From contig OZ024764.1 in the NCBI GenBank assembly GCA_964016885.1, positions 62,001 through 126,000 on the forward strand: a stretch of DNA of 64,000 bases. Direction: 5' to 3'. The position numbers were made by a program, and so were the translations under genes. The DNA comes from Eledone cirrhosa (taxonomy: Eukaryota). Below, piece by piece: positions 61,101 through 64,000 of the stretch. The notes beneath the pieces were generated by a model. That model ran no database searches. It was not told the origin of the DNA and was given only the letters and a program-made list of their open reading frames with translations. Numbering within the stretch: the first letter of the stretch is position 1; the number at the start of each line of letters is the position of its first letter.

Positions 61101-64000
61101 GCTTCACTGATAGGGATATATGTTATAATTTCCCAGTTGACCTATACTAAAGGGCTTCACTGATAGGGATATGTGTGTTATAATTCCCCAGTTGACCTAT
61201 ACTAAAGGGCTTCACTGATAGGGTTATTTGTTATAATTCCCCAGTTGACCTATACTAAAGGGCTTCACTGATAGGGATATGTGTGTTATAATTCCCCAGT
61301 TGACCTATACTAAAGGGCTTCACTGATAGGGTTATATGTGTTATAATTCCCCAGTTGACCTATACTAAAGGGCTTCACTGATAGGGTTATATGTTATAAT
61401 TTCCCAGTTGACCTATACTAAAGGGCTTCACTGATAGGGTTATATGTTATAATTTCCCAGTTGACCTATACTAAAGGACTTCACTGATAGGGATATATGT
61501 TATAATTTCCCAGTTGACCTATACTAAAGGACTTCACTGATAGGGATATATGTTATAATTTCCCAGTTGACCTATACTAAAGGACTTCACTGATAGGGAT
61601 ATATGTTATAATTTCCCAGTTGACCTATACTTAAGGGCTTCACTGATAGGGTTATATGTTATAATTTCCCAGTTGGCCTATACTAAAGGGCTTCACTGAT
61701 AGGGTTATATGTTATAATTCCCCAGTTGACCTATACTAAAGGACTTCACTGATAGGGATATATGTTATAATTTCCCAGTTGACCTATACTAAAGGTCTTC
61801 ACTGATAGGGATATATGTTATAATTTCCCAGTTGACCTATACTAAAGGTCTTCACTGATAGGGTTATATGTTATAATTCCCTAGTTGACCTATACTAAAG
61901 GGCTTCACTGATAGGGTTATATGTTATAATTTCCCAGTTGACCTATACTAAAGGTCTTCACTGATAGGGTTATATGTTATAATTCCCCAGTTGACCTATA
62001 CTAAAGGGCTTCACTGATAGGGTTATGTGTTATAATTTCCCAGTTGACCTATACTAAAGGGCTTCACTGATAGGGTTATATGTTATAATTCCCCAGTTGA
62101 CCTATACTAAAGGGCTTCACTGATAGGGTTATGTGTTATAATTCCCCAGTTGACCTATACTAAAGGGCTTCACTGATAGGGTTATGTGTTATAATTCCCC
62201 AGTTGACCTATACTAAAGGGCTTCACTGATAGGGTTACATGTTATAATTTCCCTATTGACCTATACTAAAGGGCTTCACTGATAGGGTTATATGTGTTAT
62301 AATTCCCCAGTTGACCTATACTAAAGGGCTTCACTGATAGGGTTATATGTTATAATTCCCCAGTTGACCTATACTAAAGGGCTTCACTGATAGGGTTATA
62401 TGTTATAATTTCCCAGTTGACCTATACTAAAGGGCTTCACTGATAGGGTTATATGTGTTATAATTCCCCAGTTGACCTATACTAAAGGGCTTCACTGATA
62501 GGGTTATATGTGTTATAATTCCCCAGTTGACCTATACTAAAGGGCTTCACTGATAGGGTTATATGTGTTATAATTCCCCAGTTGACCTATACTAAAGGGC
62601 TTCACTGATAGGGTTATATGTTATAATTTCCCAGTTGACCTATACTAAAGGGCTTCACTGATAGGGTTATATGTGTTATAATTTCCCAGTTGACCTATAC
62701 TAAAGGGCTTCGCTGATAGGGTTATATGTGTTATAATTCCCCAGTTGACCTATACTAAAGGGCTTCACTGATAGGGTTATATGTGTTATAATTCCCCAGT
62801 TGACCTATACTAAAGGGCTTCACTGATAGGGTTATATGTTATAATTTCCCAGTTGACCTATACTAAAGGGCTTCACTGATAGGGTTATATGTGTTATAAT
62901 TTCCCAGTTGACCTATACTAAAGGGCTTCACTGATAGGGTTATATGTGTTATAATTCCCCAGTTGACCTATACTAAAGGGCTTCACTGATAGGGTTATAT
63001 GTGTTATAATTTCCCAGTTGACCTATACTAAAGGGCTTCACTGATAGGGTTATATGTGTTATAATTTCCCAGTTGACCTATACTAAAGGGCTTCACTGAT
63101 AGGGTTATATGTGTTATAATTCCCCAGTTGACCTATACTAAAGGGCTTCACTGATAGGGTTATATGTTATAATTCCCCAGTTGACCTATACTAAAGGGCT
63201 TCACTGATAGGGTTATATGTTATAATTCCCCAGTTGACCTAAACTAAAGGGCTTCACTGATAGGGTTATATGTTATAATTCCCCAGTTGACCTATACTAA
63301 AGGACTTCACTGATAGGGTTATATGTTATAATTCCCCAGTTGACCTATACTAAAGGGCTTCACTGATAGGGTTATATGTTATAATTCCCCAGTTGACCTA
63401 TACTAAAGGGCTTCACTGATAGGGCTATATGTTATAATTCCCCAGTTGACCTATACTAAAGGGCTTCACTGATAGGGTTATATGTTATAATTCCCCAGTT
63501 GACCTATACTAAAGGACTTCACTGATAGGGTTATGTGTTATAATTCCCCAGTTGACCTATACTAAAGGGCTTCACTGATAGGGTTATATGTTATAATTCC
63601 CCAGTTGACCTATACTAAAGGGCTTCACTGATAGGGTTATATGTTATAATTTCCCAATTGACCTATACTAAAGGGCTTCACTGATAGGGTTATATGTTAT
63701 AATTCCCCAGTTGACCTATACTAAAGGACTTCACTGATAGGGTTATGTGTTATAATTCCCCAGTTGACCTATACTAAAGGGCTTCACTGATAGGGTTATA
63801 TGTTATAATTCCCCAGTTGACCTATACTAAAGGGCTTCACTGATAGGGTTATGTGTTATAATTCCCCAGTTGACCTATACTAAAGGGCTTCACTGATAGG
63901 GTTATATGTTATAATTCCCCAGTTGACCTATACTAAAGGGCTTCACTGATAGGGTTATATGTTATAATTTCCCAGTTGACCTATACTAAAGGGCTTCACT
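31169..64000 (+). repeat. 53-bp satellite (~620 units, continues beyond window) with higher-order block duplications
   Basis: Unit CAGTTGACCTATACTAAAGGGCTTCACTGATAGGGTTATATGTTATAATTCCC, period 53 (31201, 31254); rare variants recur at fixed offsets of 4577, 4949, 3950, 2708 and 13318 bp. Confidence 0.98.

Noticed and set aside
1-64000. Tandem arrays as CRISPR arrays
   Set aside because: Units are contiguous with no unique spacers, there are no cas genes, and the context is a spliced eukaryotic gene.

Overview
Eukaryotic (animal) genomic DNA, most likely an octopus, judging by recalled Octopus-type tRNA SINEs and dense AT microsatellites; it is not prokaryotic. The whole window appears to lie inside one + strand host gene of the NRF-6/OACYL (acyltransferase-3) family. 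Three phase-compatible exons are visible (4283-4397, 16281-16467, 29310-29452). The introns are packed with transposons: an intact two-ORF CR1-clade LINE (Myb-like/polyQ/2xCCCH ORF1; AUG-less ORF2 overlapping in the -1 frame behind two slippery heptamers), an intact Tx1/L1-clade LINE inserted in the 72-bp tandem array of a TTAA piggyBac-type MITE, and a decayed Penelope-like element with a hammerhead and a nested CRE-clade retrotransposon. There is also a deleted piggyBac, RTE, CR1, Tigger, hAT and Helitron remnants and several SINEs. Nearly every tandem array (49, 50, 72, 79, 48, 53 bp) arises inside a transposon. The last 32.8 kb is a 53-bp satellite (~620 units) with multi-kb higher-order duplications. 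Family calls are from motif recognition only; no searches were run.
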